A stretch of DNA of 64,000 nucleotides from Octopus sinensis (lineage: Eukaryota). Below, piece after piece: positions 51,662-64,000 of the stretch; position 1 is the first letter of the stretch; every line of letters begins with the position of its first letter. Both the position numbers and the translations under genes were made by a program. Below the pieces are notes generated by a model that was not told the DNA's origin, did no database searches, and worked only from the letters and a program-made list of their open reading frames with translations. Location: NCBI RefSeq assembly GCF_006345805.1, contig NC_043019.1:21823360-21887359 (forward strand). The letters run 5' to 3'.

Positions 51662-52240
51662 TGTGTGTGCGTGCGTGCGTGCGTACGTGTGTGTGCATGC
51701 ACACAATCAATCCATGGATCAATAAAACTAAACCACAGAATATTGACTTTGTTTATGACACATAAATTAATGTATATTGCTTTGGTCCAATGGTAGAACA
51801 TCTGTCATGTGTACAGAACCCATGGATTCAAATCCTATAGGCAGCCATCAACTTTTTCTATCCAAAGGATTTTTTTTCCCCAATATTTACACGCAGTTAT
51901 TTACAGCATTATCTACTTCAAGTTCCACTGTTAAAAACAAATTATTTTTCACTGTCTCAAAGTTTCTAAGTTTTTATGACATAAGTTAACATATTTAATA
52001 CTCTACACACTTTCAACATAGCTGTATTGAGCATTTATCTTTTTGTACCAAAACTGAAAAACACTCTAATCACACGAGTAGGGCTTTGTAATGTTGTATT
52101 ATGATGTTTACAATGACTAGCATATTCAAGAAATGTACCAGCAACCAAATCCTATATGATACCAAGCAAAATTGCTGCAGAAATTCTCAAAACGCTTTGT
52201 CAGGTTTTTGTCATACTTTAGGTCAAACACAGGTTTTAAA

Positions 52241-52437
52241 CCCTTTAGCATTCAGATTATTCTGTCAAATGTAATGTTTATCTATTCACATTATTTTGTC
52301 TTAATCATGCATTATCTCATACCTTCGAGATTTTGATGAAGTGATGTTATATTCTTAGAATGACATTGTAGGGTAGGTGTAAGAGGCCACAAACTGACAG
52401 TTTGAAATATAAAATGGCCAGTTTAAATGCTAGAGGA
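52241..52437 (-). mobile_element. piggyBac-type MITE family D
   Basis: ccctttagcattc left end with TTAA nearby; decayed right end followed by TTAA. Confidence 0.75.
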
Positions 52438-52699
52438 TTAAATAGCATGCATGCTTCAAGGCTGATCAAGCGTCAGTTCAAAATGAAAAAGCATTCAAGG
52501 TAACTGATCACTCCCAAAATAGCAGAAAGTGTGGAAAATGATGCCATGCTCAGGCTGTCTTTGAGAGACTAGAAGTACTAGCAAAAGTTAGGATAATAAA
52601 AGATGTAAGTTAAACTAAACAAGTCTGTTCTAATTTGCATAACTGTGCAAGTACTGGCAATGCGAACAACTGATTTATATATATATATATATACACACA

Positions 52700-52902
52700 T
52701 TCGATCCTTTTTCCAAGGAATCTAATGCTCTCAGCTTAGTTTTTCCTCGGGGCTGGTCAGATTGGAGCAATCTCAAGATTAATCAGCCATAATTGTGAGG
52801 ATGATCCGGTGGTACATCGGATTAAAGGCTTCGAATGACCCGTCCGTGTTTTTGTATCGTCTATTTGGATGTTTTGTGTTCTTGTCCCATTTTGTATTTT
52901 TG

Positions 52903-52905
<3 letters not shown>
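52700..52905. repeat. Unclassified CpG-containing element between two (TA)n tracts
   Basis: Complex ~200-bp segment flanked by (TA)n on both sides; no second copy in the window. Confidence 0.4.
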
Positions 52906-52964
<59 letters not shown>

Positions 52965-53142
52965 AACATAAATAAGCTACAATTCTCCTAATGGGGTTGA
53001 GGAAAATAATCATCAGATCTCTGATGAAGGAGTAAATATCAGTTTAATCACTAATTTAGGCAAAAAAACCTGGTCTAACCACAGAATCTAATCTTCACAG
53101 TGAGGCTAAAAATATTTGTTTACTAAAAACTGTAAACTCCAA

Positions 53143-53196
<54 letters not shown>

Positions 53197-54304
53197 GTAT
53201 TCATCTAACTCATGCTAGCATGGAAAAACACAGTCATTAAATGAATGAGCAAATGAACAAATATAATGAGGAATATAGTTAAATTCAAATTTGTTTCTTT
53301 TATTTTTAATTCAAGGAAACAAACTAAATTATAAAATATATTTCATGATTTAACTAGAGAGTGGGGAGAGGGATGTGGACAGAGAGATAGATATGGATGG
53401 AGAGAGAAAAAGAGACAGAGAAGAGGCAGAAAAGTGAGATGACAAAAGAGAAATTGGTGTAAACAAAAGTGTGGATGGTGTGGGTAATAGTGGATGTGCA
53501 AGAGGGTGAGAATGAACAAGTGAATAGAAGGAGGGGGAAGGGGGATAGAAGGTGGATGAAGATAGGGAAGAGGAGGAGGGAAGGATAAGACCTAACCAAT
53601 GAGAAGTAAAGTGAAAGAGCAAGTGGCTTAAAGTAAAATAGAGAGAGTAAGACTGAAAGGGGAAGAAGGTGAGAATGGGAGAGTGAGAGAATGAAGAAGA
53701 GAGAGAGAGACAGACAGAGAGAGAGAGAAAGAGATTAGTAAGTTAAAACTAAATACACCAATAGACATCTAAAATAAGCACTAATGGATTATTGTGTTGT
53801 GTTGCCATATTGCTACCATGGCAACCACTATAATCTACAGTTCAATACTGCATGGTACTGACACTGACTTTGTGGTAGTTCCTGTTGTTGTTTAACCCCA
53901 GGTCATCCATGAACAGAGCAGATATCTATGATCAAAGCAAGTCCAGCTATAAGCATCCCTTCTTTATTTTTTCATTTTCCTCTCAAGGTAGTGCAACCAT
54001 GATGATATATTAACCAATACATCCTTTACAGTTTTAAGACAGTAAGCTGTGATTTGAGAAAGATTCAGCTGCTATTTATTGTAGGTTGATCGACCATGTG
54101 GAGCAATCATGGACAACCTTTTTTCTGAGAAGTGGGCCATAAGCAAGCAACATGGTTCACCATCAGGCAAGCCATGCTACTAAAACAATTCAAAGTAATT
54201 TTTTGTCTAGGTGTGCCGCTCAGAATGTCTCGTAAGTTGCATACAACTTGCAGGCCATATACTGCCTATGGCTGATGTAAAGATTTTTTTAAAATTTTCA
54301 CCAA

Positions 54305-54526
54305 TGGTGCAGCTCTCTCCCTCCAGCTATTGTTTCTCTGGATGTACCACCACATCAAAGAGTGGAGGAGTCAAGAGGGTGTCTATGTTTACTTGCATCT
54401 ACATAGGTACCTAAAACATTTTGAAAAAGCATGGTATATTGCCAAGCCATTTGTGGGTAGTAGCTGACTCACACTCACACACACACACACACACACACTC
54501 ACTCACTCACTCACTCACTCAGCATT
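54305..54526 (+). repeat. ~225-bp direct duplication, partner at 55983-56210
   Basis: About 7 substitutions outside the shared (CA)n(CTCA)n microsatellite. Confidence 0.92.
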
Positions 54527-54529
54527 TAA

Positions 54530-54751
54530 CCCTTTCGTTACTAACCTGGCTGAAACCGGCTCTGACGCTTTAGTAGAAATGTCTTGTTTTCATAAGTTTT
54601 GAATTAAAATCTTCCACCAAATCTTAGTTAAAATTTATGTTCCTAACACTAGCTTAATAATAACTAAGTTATTTTACTGAATTCTTTGTTATATTTAAAA
54701 TTAATTGAAAGAAACACAGAGCATCTCAAAATAAATACGGTAACGAAAGGG
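54530..54751. mobile_element. piggyBac-type MITE, intact ends
   Basis: Perfect 12-bp TIR ccctttcgttac/gtaacgaaaggg with TTAA on both sides (54526-29, 54752-55). Confidence 0.9.
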
Positions 54752-56147
54752 TTAAACCCTCTAGCCTTTAAACCAGCCATATCAGGTCCAAGTATTCTAC
54801 CTGTTTTATGTTCAAACCAACCAATTCCAGCCTCTCACTACAATGTCATTGTAAAAATAATCACATCACCAAAATCTTGACACTAAAATATACTGCATGA
54901 TTAATTCAAAACAATGTGATTAAAATAGGTATTACACCTGAATGCTTAAATAAATGAGCATAAATAAATAATTTTTTTATTTATTTAGTCATTTTGTTAG
55001 AACAATCATTTTTACAGCTGAGTACCCAAATTGCTAACCAGTGAACTATGAAGTAGGAACAACTTGTTCACAATCAAGCAAATTGAAGCAAACTGTACTA
55101 TGCACCAAGCCTCAACTACACACTACATGGCTGTATCAGTGTAGGATATTATTTGTAATTGCTGCTGTTGTTGATTGGTGTATAGTGAGTTGAGGAAAAT
55201 TTAGCTGTTATTTCTTGCAGGTTGAGTAACTATGAAGAGCAGCAAAATCATCTTCAAATTACAATTTATCCTCTCTATTAAAGGAAGAGTATACATATTG
55301 GATAAAGAATTCAGTTATATAAGACTTGTTTGCATATTTGTTTAAGACAGCCACCAAAGGTGATGACAGTGTCAATCCAAGACTTTCGTTCTCCTCTGTA
55401 TCCAGCACACTGTTTCTCATGGGAGCAGGAGTAACTTTTCTACTCTATGCACAAGGCCCAAAATTTTGAGGGAAGGGGCTAGTTGATTTGATCGACCCCC
55501 AGTAAGCAACTGGTACTTAATTTATTGACACCAAAAGGATGAAAGCCAAAGTCGACTTTGGCAGAATTTGAACTGAGAATGTAAAGACAGACAAAATACC
55601 GCTAAGCATTTTGTCTGGCATGCTAATGATTCTGCCAGCTCGCCGCTTTATGGAAACAGACATAACTGACAAAACCTGATAAGAGACAGGCAGATCTTGT
55701 GGCACTAATGGTAGTGAAAGTGACCCTGAACAACAACCATAGGGGGTTCGGGTCTTGACAGGAACACATTTAATCATAGGTTTGTACAATCTGCACTGAT
55801 CTGGGACAATGGTTGGAAGACTTAATGCATCACCCAATTTAATACCACCACGTGAATGGGGTGATGTAGTCCTTCAGCTGAAAAATACAGTGAAGCAGAA
55901 AAATCTCCCACATTTTACACATCATGAATGGTGCATCTTGGACGTTTCTCTTTGTTGCATTCTATTTGTACCAACCAAGTCCTGGTGCAGCTCTCTCCCT
56001 CCAGCTATTGCTTCTCTAGATGTACCACCACATCAAAGAGTGGAGGAGTCAAGAGGGTGTCTATGTTTACTTGCATCTACATAGGTACCTAAAACATTTT
56101 GAAAAAGGATGGTATATTGCCAAGCCATTTGTGGGTGGCGGCTGACT

Positions 56148-56190
<43 letters not shown>

Positions 56191-56829
56191 TCACTCACTC
56201 ACTCAGCATTAGGAAGGTCATCCAGCTGTAAAAACCAGACCAGAACAGACAATGGAGCCTGGTGCTACCCCTGGCCTTACCAGCTCCTGTCAAACCATTC
56301 AACCCATGCCACCATGTAAAATGGACATTAAATGATGATTATGATGATGACACAGAAATGCTAGGCTTCCACAAAGTTCTTATTCACCAAGTTATTGGTC
56401 AATTTGAGGCTAAGGTAGAAGACACCTGACCAAGACGCTGCATAATGAAACCATAGTGACTGCCAAAGCAAACTTCTTAACCACATAGCCATCATTGCAC
56501 CATACTATTCAAAATAAATATATTTACAAGCAATAGACATCTGCAACTGCCATTGTAAATATCTTTCGCCAATGAAGAATAGTTGTTTTCTTTTTTTTTC
56601 CTGTTTGTTTATTACAATAATGGAATTTCGTTTCAAATGTTCAGACAATTAATACCTTCTAACATAGCATTCTCCAGGTAATAAAATATATAGACAAACC
56701 AGAAATTTAAAACTAAATCATTATAATTAAATGAACATTTTTACAGACTTATAAATCAAATTATAATTCATAAAACCTGTTGAAGTTAACAACAAAAACA
56801 ACAGCAGCAGTACTGTGATGGTGATGAAA

Positions 56830-56975
56830 TGAAGAAAGTTTGTTCAGAACGAAAATTATATATGTATGCCCAGTAGTGAAATGATGAAGGCAATTGAACC
56901 TGAGTCTGGATATAAATACCTGGAAATACTGGCGGCAGACAGAATTAGGTATGATGATATGAAAGAAAAGACGGA
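56830..56975 (+). mobile_element. R4-like RT fragment (domain 6-7 region)
   Basis: EMMKAIEPESGYKYLEILAADRIRYDDMKEK. Confidence 0.65.
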
Positions 56976-57074
56976 TGCTTGCAGTCTTCCACACTTATCC
57001 GTCCCCTTCCTCCATTTGCTCTCCTCATGTATAAATGATCTATGTCTGCACATGGGTGATGGGCTCCATGCATA

Positions 57075-57480
57075 GTTTCTTGTTTACCTGTCCAACTCCT
57101 TTAGCTTCAGATCATCCATGGAGACCAAATGGTTAATTTTTTCCTTACTATTTCTGGACTGGTACCCTGCTTTTGCCTTCCTTAATATTAAACTGAGGGG
57201 GGATCAAACATAAGGCAAATATTAAAGGGGATAATATGTCTCCCTGAAAAATTCCTCTTTTGATATTAACTTTCCTTAAGAGTGTGTCACCTGAGTAGAA
57301 ATCTACTTTCCATTTCTTCCTGCTAAAGCTAATTAATTGTTCTATGTTGTCTGCTATACTGAATATTCTCAAACATTCACTTATCCATGAGCGTGGGATC
57401 ATGTCATAGGCTTTTCTATAATCTATCCATGCTAGTTTTAAGTTTTTTTTCTTGCTTTTACTTCATTTAGAACTGCTTTG
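57075..57480 (-). mobile_element. R4-like reverse transcriptase fragment (domains 3-5)
   Basis: AWIDYRKAYDMIPRSWI, IKRGIFQGDILSPLIFALCLIP, NHLVSMDDLKL. Confidence 0.88.
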
Positions 57481-57564
57481 TATTAGATCATGTGTTGTTA
57501 TCATCATCATCATCATTATTATTATTATTATTATTATTAATAATAATAATAATAATAATGAGGG

Positions 57565-58055
57565 ACAGAAATGTTATTATAGCCACTCAGGAATAAACCC
57601 ATAGAACAAATCTGACAAAGGCAAAGATCAACAAAACCCAGTCAAACAGCAAGTATAGAATCACCTTTTGAGTGAGTGCAAAGCAGTTCTAAATGCAGAT
57701 TATGATTGTGTAGGCAAAAGAGTTCATTACCAGAGAGTGTGGCTTCAAAACAACAGAAAAGTGGTATGAACTCAAACCTGTGGCTGTGATAGAAAATGGG
57801 AACTACAAGATCTTGTGGGACTTTCTCATAAAGACTGATCATACTACTCAAACAAGACCAGATATGAACATAGAGGATAAAATAAATCAACAGTGTGAGA
57901 TTTTGCAATTCCTTATGAGAGCAGAGTTGACATCGAATAAATTGAAAAAATTTGAGAAATATCAGTATCTAGCCAGAGAATTGAGGAGACTGTAGAAAAC
58001 CAAGACAACAATTATTCCTGTAGAAATTGGTGCACTTGGTGCAATACCCAAAATC
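57565..58055 (+). mobile_element. R4/Dong-like RLE fragment after (TAA)n
   Basis: HLLSEC, KWYELKP.AVIENGNYKILWDFLIKTD..RPDM, KYQYLARELRRL, IPVEIGALGAIPK. Confidence 0.82.
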
Positions 58056-59518
58056 ATAATTTCTTTTCAGGCATAATTACATTATTTGATGTGTCATTCA
58101 ATTTTGTTTAGATGACAGAAAGTGCAAATGTAAGGAGCATTTGATTGCTATTTCTAACAGGTTGAGACACTGTATAGAGACTATGAGATTGTCTCATTGA
58201 GTGGTTTAGAGTGGAGAAAGCATCGAAGGAAAAGAAATGGTAAGTTACCGTTTAATATATTGAAGGAAAATGTAAACCATGTGAAACAGGTAAACATAAT
58301 CCAAATATATTAAGCATGAAAAGAATCTTAAATCTGCTTCAGAACACATCATGAGATGTTTAGAATAGGCAAACAGGTCAAATGGACATGCCAACATATC
58401 TCTAGTCATGCCCACCTCTCTGCTCCACTATCCTCACAGTCATCACCACTGCAACCACCACCTTCAGTGGAAATCACGTAATGCAATGAATGGATTTTAT
58501 AAATAAAGAGGATGCATTGAAGTGTTAAGGTGAGTAATTACCAAATAATTTATTGGAACAGAATAAAAATGGTTTGAAGGAGAATTATTATAAGAGGCGA
58601 TCAAGGGTGAAAGATTCAAAACCGTTGGAGTATTTACAGCTAAGCAATGAGATTACAGACTAACCACCACACCATACAACAAATGGTTAGCCCACACAAG
58701 AGAATAAGGGATGAAATAAATTTGATGAAAATGAAGAAATATGAAGTATAATACCATGGGAATTATAAGAGAAAATAGGAAACACTTTGGAGCAGACAAC
58801 AAACACAAACAGTTTTAGATTTATCTTTCATCTTTTACTTGTTTTATTCTTTAGATTGTGGCCATGCTGGAGCACCACCTTGAAGAGTTTTTAGTTGAAT
58901 GAATCAACCCCAATACTTATCTTTTTTAAACCTAGCATTTATTCTATTGGTCTCTTGCTGAACCACTAAGTTACAGGGGACATAAACAAAGACACACACA
59001 CACGCACATACATTGAGCTTCTTTCAGTTTCCATCTATCAAATCCACTCACAAGACATTGCTCAGCCTGATGCTATAGTGGAAGACACTTGCCCAAGGTG
59101 TCACACAATGGGGATGAACCCAGAACCATGTGGTTGGGAAGAAAGCTTTTTACCACACAGCCATGCACATCAAGGAATCAAGAAAATGTAACTTCAGTAT
59201 GACTTGAAGGAGTCATAGTATGACTTGAGGGAGATTTCACAGCTATTTTGAGTAAATCAAACCGCTGTACAGAGGTCCATTTGTTGACTTGTCTGAACAT
59301 ATGACGGTTGATGAGATAATTCATTTCATGTAGAAAACATGTTCTTACATGTATGTTATGATAATTTATTATGATTTAATGAGTGAGCCTGTAAAAATAT
59401 ATCGAAAGTGATGTGAGCCTATAAGGGAGCCTCCAAGTAGTCACTTGATCTGCTAGAAACAGCAGCTGATGTCTCTCAAATTATACATAAAAAACGGGCT
59501 TATTACATTCTCTCTCCC

Positions 59519-59558
<40 letters not shown>

Positions 59559-59759
59559 AGTGAGAGAGAGAGAGAGGCGGGGGCTAAAACAGGGTAAAAC
59601 AGCAATAGTAATATATAAATTTCTCATGGCTAAAGATCAATTTATAGATTGTTTCATTCTTTCAGAGATCTCAGTCACTGGACTGTGACCATGCTGGGGC
59701 ATTGTGTCATCACAGATAGTCAATCATACTGACTGTAGCACTTATTTCAGTTTGATCTT

Positions 59760-59975
59760 TATAAAGTAGAGGGAAACTGTGGAAGAGGGAGACCCAAGAA
59801 GACATGGGATGAAGTATTGAAGGCCAATTTCAAAATGCTGAATCTTATGAAGGAGATGATAGAGGACCAAGATATGTGATGCTTTGCTGTACTCAGGAAG
59901 ACCCATTCACCACAACAGAACTGAGATCCTAAAACCAACGTGCCATGTAAAAAGCACCCAGTGTACTCAGTAAAA
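59760..59975 (+). mobile_element. RTE-clade LINE 3' fragment running into family F-type sequence
   Basis: KVEGNCGRGRPKKTWDEVLK..MIEDQDM, followed by gtgccatgtaaaaagcaccc. Confidence 0.75.
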
Positions 59976-62900
59976 GTTGGCTTACCTTACAGAAGAGAAA
60001 GGAAAATGAAAGAGAGATGATAGCAACACAGAATGAGAGATAGACAGAGATGGAAATGCCAGTGGCAGAGGAGGGGATTGGTGAGGAGAGAAGGAGAGTG
60101 ACACCCAAAAGGAAAAACATAAGAACAATGGTACATCTCTGGTACAGGCCTCATCTCTGAGGGGACCTAAAGTACAGACTAATCTAAATACTCAGTTTGT
60201 GGAAATTTCACTTCACAATGAAAAAAAATCTCATTTTTCCCTTCTCAAATGTGTGACACAATATTTCTAACAGAAATCAACTCAGCACCAAATCCGGAAT
60301 GGTAATTTCCCCACCACACCTACCACATATCTCACTGGGCTAATAAACTAATAAAAGTAATACAACTAATAATGCTTTTGTTAAAGTTTGAACCTGTAAT
60401 GTTTGGAGTAAAAAAAAAAAAAACAGTAATGCTTTAACCACTACACCATATAACCTTTATAATGGAAACATTTTCATCTCGACTCCAAGAAAATCTATAT
60501 TTTGTTTAAAGTATTCCATTAACTAGAATTAAAAAAAAAAACTGTACTTTCTTAGAGGAAATAAAAATATAAACTAATTTAATTTCATGCATATTTTTTT
60601 ATTTACAGAGAAAGTTTAAATCAAATTAATTTGAGCTAAATAGAAAATAAATTGTGTGTATACCACACCAATCTATCTAAAGGGGATTTTTGAAAAATGG
60701 TAATAATATTAACATTTTTTAGGAGTTCTTTGTATTTTTTTTTAACTATCAGCCTTATCTCAGATGTAATTAAAATCCAATTCGTTATTAGTAAAGGAGA
60801 TGGCTGTTTCCTGGATTTAAATTGAATTGTGATGATTGTAAACAATGAATAGTGATTACCTTTATGCTTGCTTGCAACAAAAAAGGGGGTGAAAAACAAC
60901 TAATGCAGGTCAGACTGAATTACTATCAAATAGATCTCAATAAATCTCCCATTTAAATAAGAAGCAATGTTATAATGAAATTAGATTCTCAAACATAAAA
61001 TAATAATGATGATGAAAATGATGATGATGATGATCATTATCATAAAAAAAAAGAACAACAAAATGATTCTTTTTAAACAAGACCCTGTTCAATGACTGCT
61101 GATTAAATGTTACATATATATGAAGAAAATATTGATTTCTTTGGATTAGGTATTGTGTCCCTACGATTAAAAAGTATCTAGGCCATTTTTATCCCACCCC
61201 AGCATGGGTATTATATCTTGGATCACATTATCCAAAGTGATTTTTTTATCTTTTTAAAATGGCATAGTATGATTTTTTTATGGATATTTGACAATTATTT
61301 CTAGCAGATAGAGGATTCCTTAGTTTGTACCATCACAATGACTGCATGGTTAAGAATTTCACTTTGAGCAAGTATCTCTACCATAGCCTCAGACCCAAGA
61401 AATTCAGTGGACAAACAGTATGGAAGCCTGTAAGAGGGACAATTCTTGTTCTTGGGTGACAGATTCAATCTACCCCTCAGTTTAACACCAACATCTGGTT
61501 CTTGAGTGTATTTAGCAGAATCCTCTCTACCGCAAGCCTTCTTCAGGCAAGGTCTCTAGCCTGAAGAGAACTTCCTTCCTCCCTTCCTTTCTCTTACCAA
61601 ATTCTAAGTTCTGAAAAGAGTCGTAGATACTTCCAATGCTCCTCTAAGAGATAGAAAAGAAAAACATTGTATATAAAGGTGAGGCATGGTGTGTAATAAA
61701 GAGGTTCATGTCAACCTTGTGATTCTAGGTTCAATCCCACTACACAGCACCTAGTGCAAGTGTCCTGTACAATTGCCCTAGGCCTACTAATGTCGCAAGT
61801 GAATGTAGTAAACAGAAAGTGTGCGTGGGCATATTTGGGAGAGGGAGAGAGAGAGAGACCATCTGTGTGTCAGAGATGTTTACATTCTACAACTGTCATT
61901 TCCCTGTCAACAAAATCACCTGGTAGCCTCATGCTTCTGATGACATGCTGAATGAAAAATTCCCTGGCTTGGAAAACAGATGGGGGTTAGAGGCAGGAAG
62001 GCCCTACAACTGTAAAACAATGCTTCAAATATCTATATTTGTCTAAGCCATGCAAGCATAGAGAAATAATGGACATTAAACAAAGTGGGGTGGAGAGATG
62101 TAAGTTCATGACAATGTTGTAGAGTAGAAGTGAGATGACATATTAGAGATAATGCTCTCTAGTCCTAGATCCATGCTGATGGAACAAACCTATAATTAAA
62201 AGCTTTCCAGTTATAACTATTCCATCTAATTAAAGGTATCAATGATCACATTATGTAATGTGTCCTTCCCTCATTTTTAACCCTTTCATAACCTTATTAT
62301 TAATGAAAATACACAACTTGCATGCTTTAATTAATATTGACAAATAATCTAGAATTTAGAGGAATTAAAGATAACTGGCTTTTTTAATAATAATGTAAAA
62401 GTATCTTGGAAGATTTTAATTCATAATTTAATTTAAAACAATTTAAAATAGGAGATTTTGAATCAAAGAACCAAGGTGCAATCTCATGTGGGTTGATAGC
62501 AACAGACATAAATAGGTGATGGGGATTTATCTGAGAGTTGGTAGCTATTTCTAGCAAGTGGAGTAACCACATAGAGACTCTCTCTCATTGATTTGTGCAT
62601 TAGTGATATTGTTTCTGAGTATATTTTGTTTGGGCTTGGCTTGAATTACTATTGACAAACATGTTGAAAAGAACTTCCATGCAATTATATGAACAAATGC
62701 TCATTGTAAAGTGGTCAGATGTGGATTTTGAAAAAAAAAGAAAGATTGATTAATATCAACATACTCGTAACAACCTCTTCTGATAAAGGAATAGCTGAGA
62801 GAAGAAAATAATTAAATAAATAATGAGCTGAAGGTAAAATTTCACTTCTTCAAAATCCAATAACTTTGATGATTCACATCAATAATTTGAATTAGATCTG

Positions 62901-63856
62901 AAGATGAATTATATGTACAGTGCTTCTACCTGGGAAGAGTGTGTATAAAAACGTAAGTAGTATATAAATACTAGGTTGAAAAACCTTTTCAGATAAAAGT
63001 CAAGAGCTACCCAGGGCCCCACAGGCAGCCTTCAAATATTTCCATCTAAAAGAGCTGTTCAACCCAATATTTATATGGCAGAATCATTAGCATGCCAGGC
63101 AAAATGCTTAGAAGCATTTCATCTGTTTTTACATTCAGAGTTCTAATTCCACTGAGGTCGACTTTTACCTTTCATCCTTTAGGGGCCAATAAAAAAAGTA
63201 TCAGTTGATCACTGAAGTTGATGTAATTGACTCACCCCCTCCCTTGAAATTGCTTGACTTGTGCCAAATTTGAAATCAATATTAACATGCTATTTTTTTT
63301 TTCTAATTTTATATGCTTTGTGATCCACTGGTCCTAAAAAGAATTATTTCGTGGCATCGCAAAAGTTTATTAATTCTTCATACACACACACAATTCTGAC
63401 ATCTAATTTTCCATGCTTATATAGGTCAGACAAGGTTATGTTAGTCTTCTGTAGCTGGATACCCTTACTAATGCTAACCCTCACCTGTTTCCAGGCAAGG
63501 GTAATAATCCTTAGGCTACTGAATAGCAAACAATCTGGGAGTGGTTATTAAATGGAAATAAATGACAGCATAAACAAAATGTTCACCATTCATACAAAGA
63601 TCACACATGTTAAGACATGTGAAGCAGCCTGGATATGCTTCAACCATGGACTGCAAAACACATGATTATTGCATATATGAAGAATGATGCTTGCCATACA
63701 AAACATACAAATCTCCACAAAACCATTACCTCAAAAAAGAAAAGAGCCATTAACTTTTTCATTACCCAAATCCACCTGTAGATCATCTGTAACCATTTAT
63801 TACTCTCTCCTCAAACTCTTATGAACCCCCACCCCTGCAATCCATTGTCTGTATGA

Positions 63857-64000
63857 GGAGGCACATGGCCTAGTGGTCAGAGCAGCGGACTCGCGGTCGA
63901 GGGATCGCAGGTTCGAACCTCAGACCAGGCAATGTGTGTGCCAATGAGCGAAACACCTAAGCTCCACGCGGCTCTGGCAGAAGGTAATGGCGAAACTTCT
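63857..64000 (+). mobile_element. Family A-related SINE 5' end, cut by the window edge
   Basis: tggcctagtgg A box, gcggactcgcggtc arm and ggttcgaacc B box; the body diverges from family A. Confidence 0.8.

Noticed and set aside
53031-53060. CTGATGA hammerhead-like core
   Set aside because: No closing stem II plus GAAA and no helix III/NUH found.
53350-53740. Ser/Leu/Pro-rich minus-strand ORFs
   Set aside because: Purine-rich low-complexity tract, not coding.
58161-58239. Open AG/GT-bounded segment VETLYRDYEIV..
   Set aside because: The acceptor lies in a dispersed gctatttctagcaggt repeat seen at several other sites; probably chance.

Overview
AT-rich, repeat-saturated eukaryotic DNA with no prokaryotic features. 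The SINE/LINE/MITE repertoire and microsatellite load look like an Octopus (coleoid cephalopod) genome, which is an inference from remembered repeat motifs. No complete, nameable protein-coding gene is visible. The window contains four recurrent short retroposon families (here labelled A, B, E, F), CR1, RTE and R4/Dong-type LINE fragments, a decayed hAT transposase, Tc1/mariner fragments, and piggyBac-, hAT- and mariner-type MITEs. Almost all ORFs in the supplied track are microsatellite or SINE artefacts. The strongest novel signal is a hammerhead ribozyme with an intact catalytic core at 2350-2432 (+) and a palindromic helix III, as in Penelope-like element (PLE)/retrozyme hammerheads. Three degenerate hammerhead-like relics occur at about 2.0, 6.4 and 61.6 kb. 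Other points of interest are several long foldback hairpins, a non-coding element flanked by (TAA)n beside R4/Dong fragments in (TAA)n, a near-identical inverted CR1 pair, a CpG-retaining promoter-like island around a 430-bp AT-only tract, and low-confidence candidate exons and microexons. Coordinates of decayed repeats are approximate.
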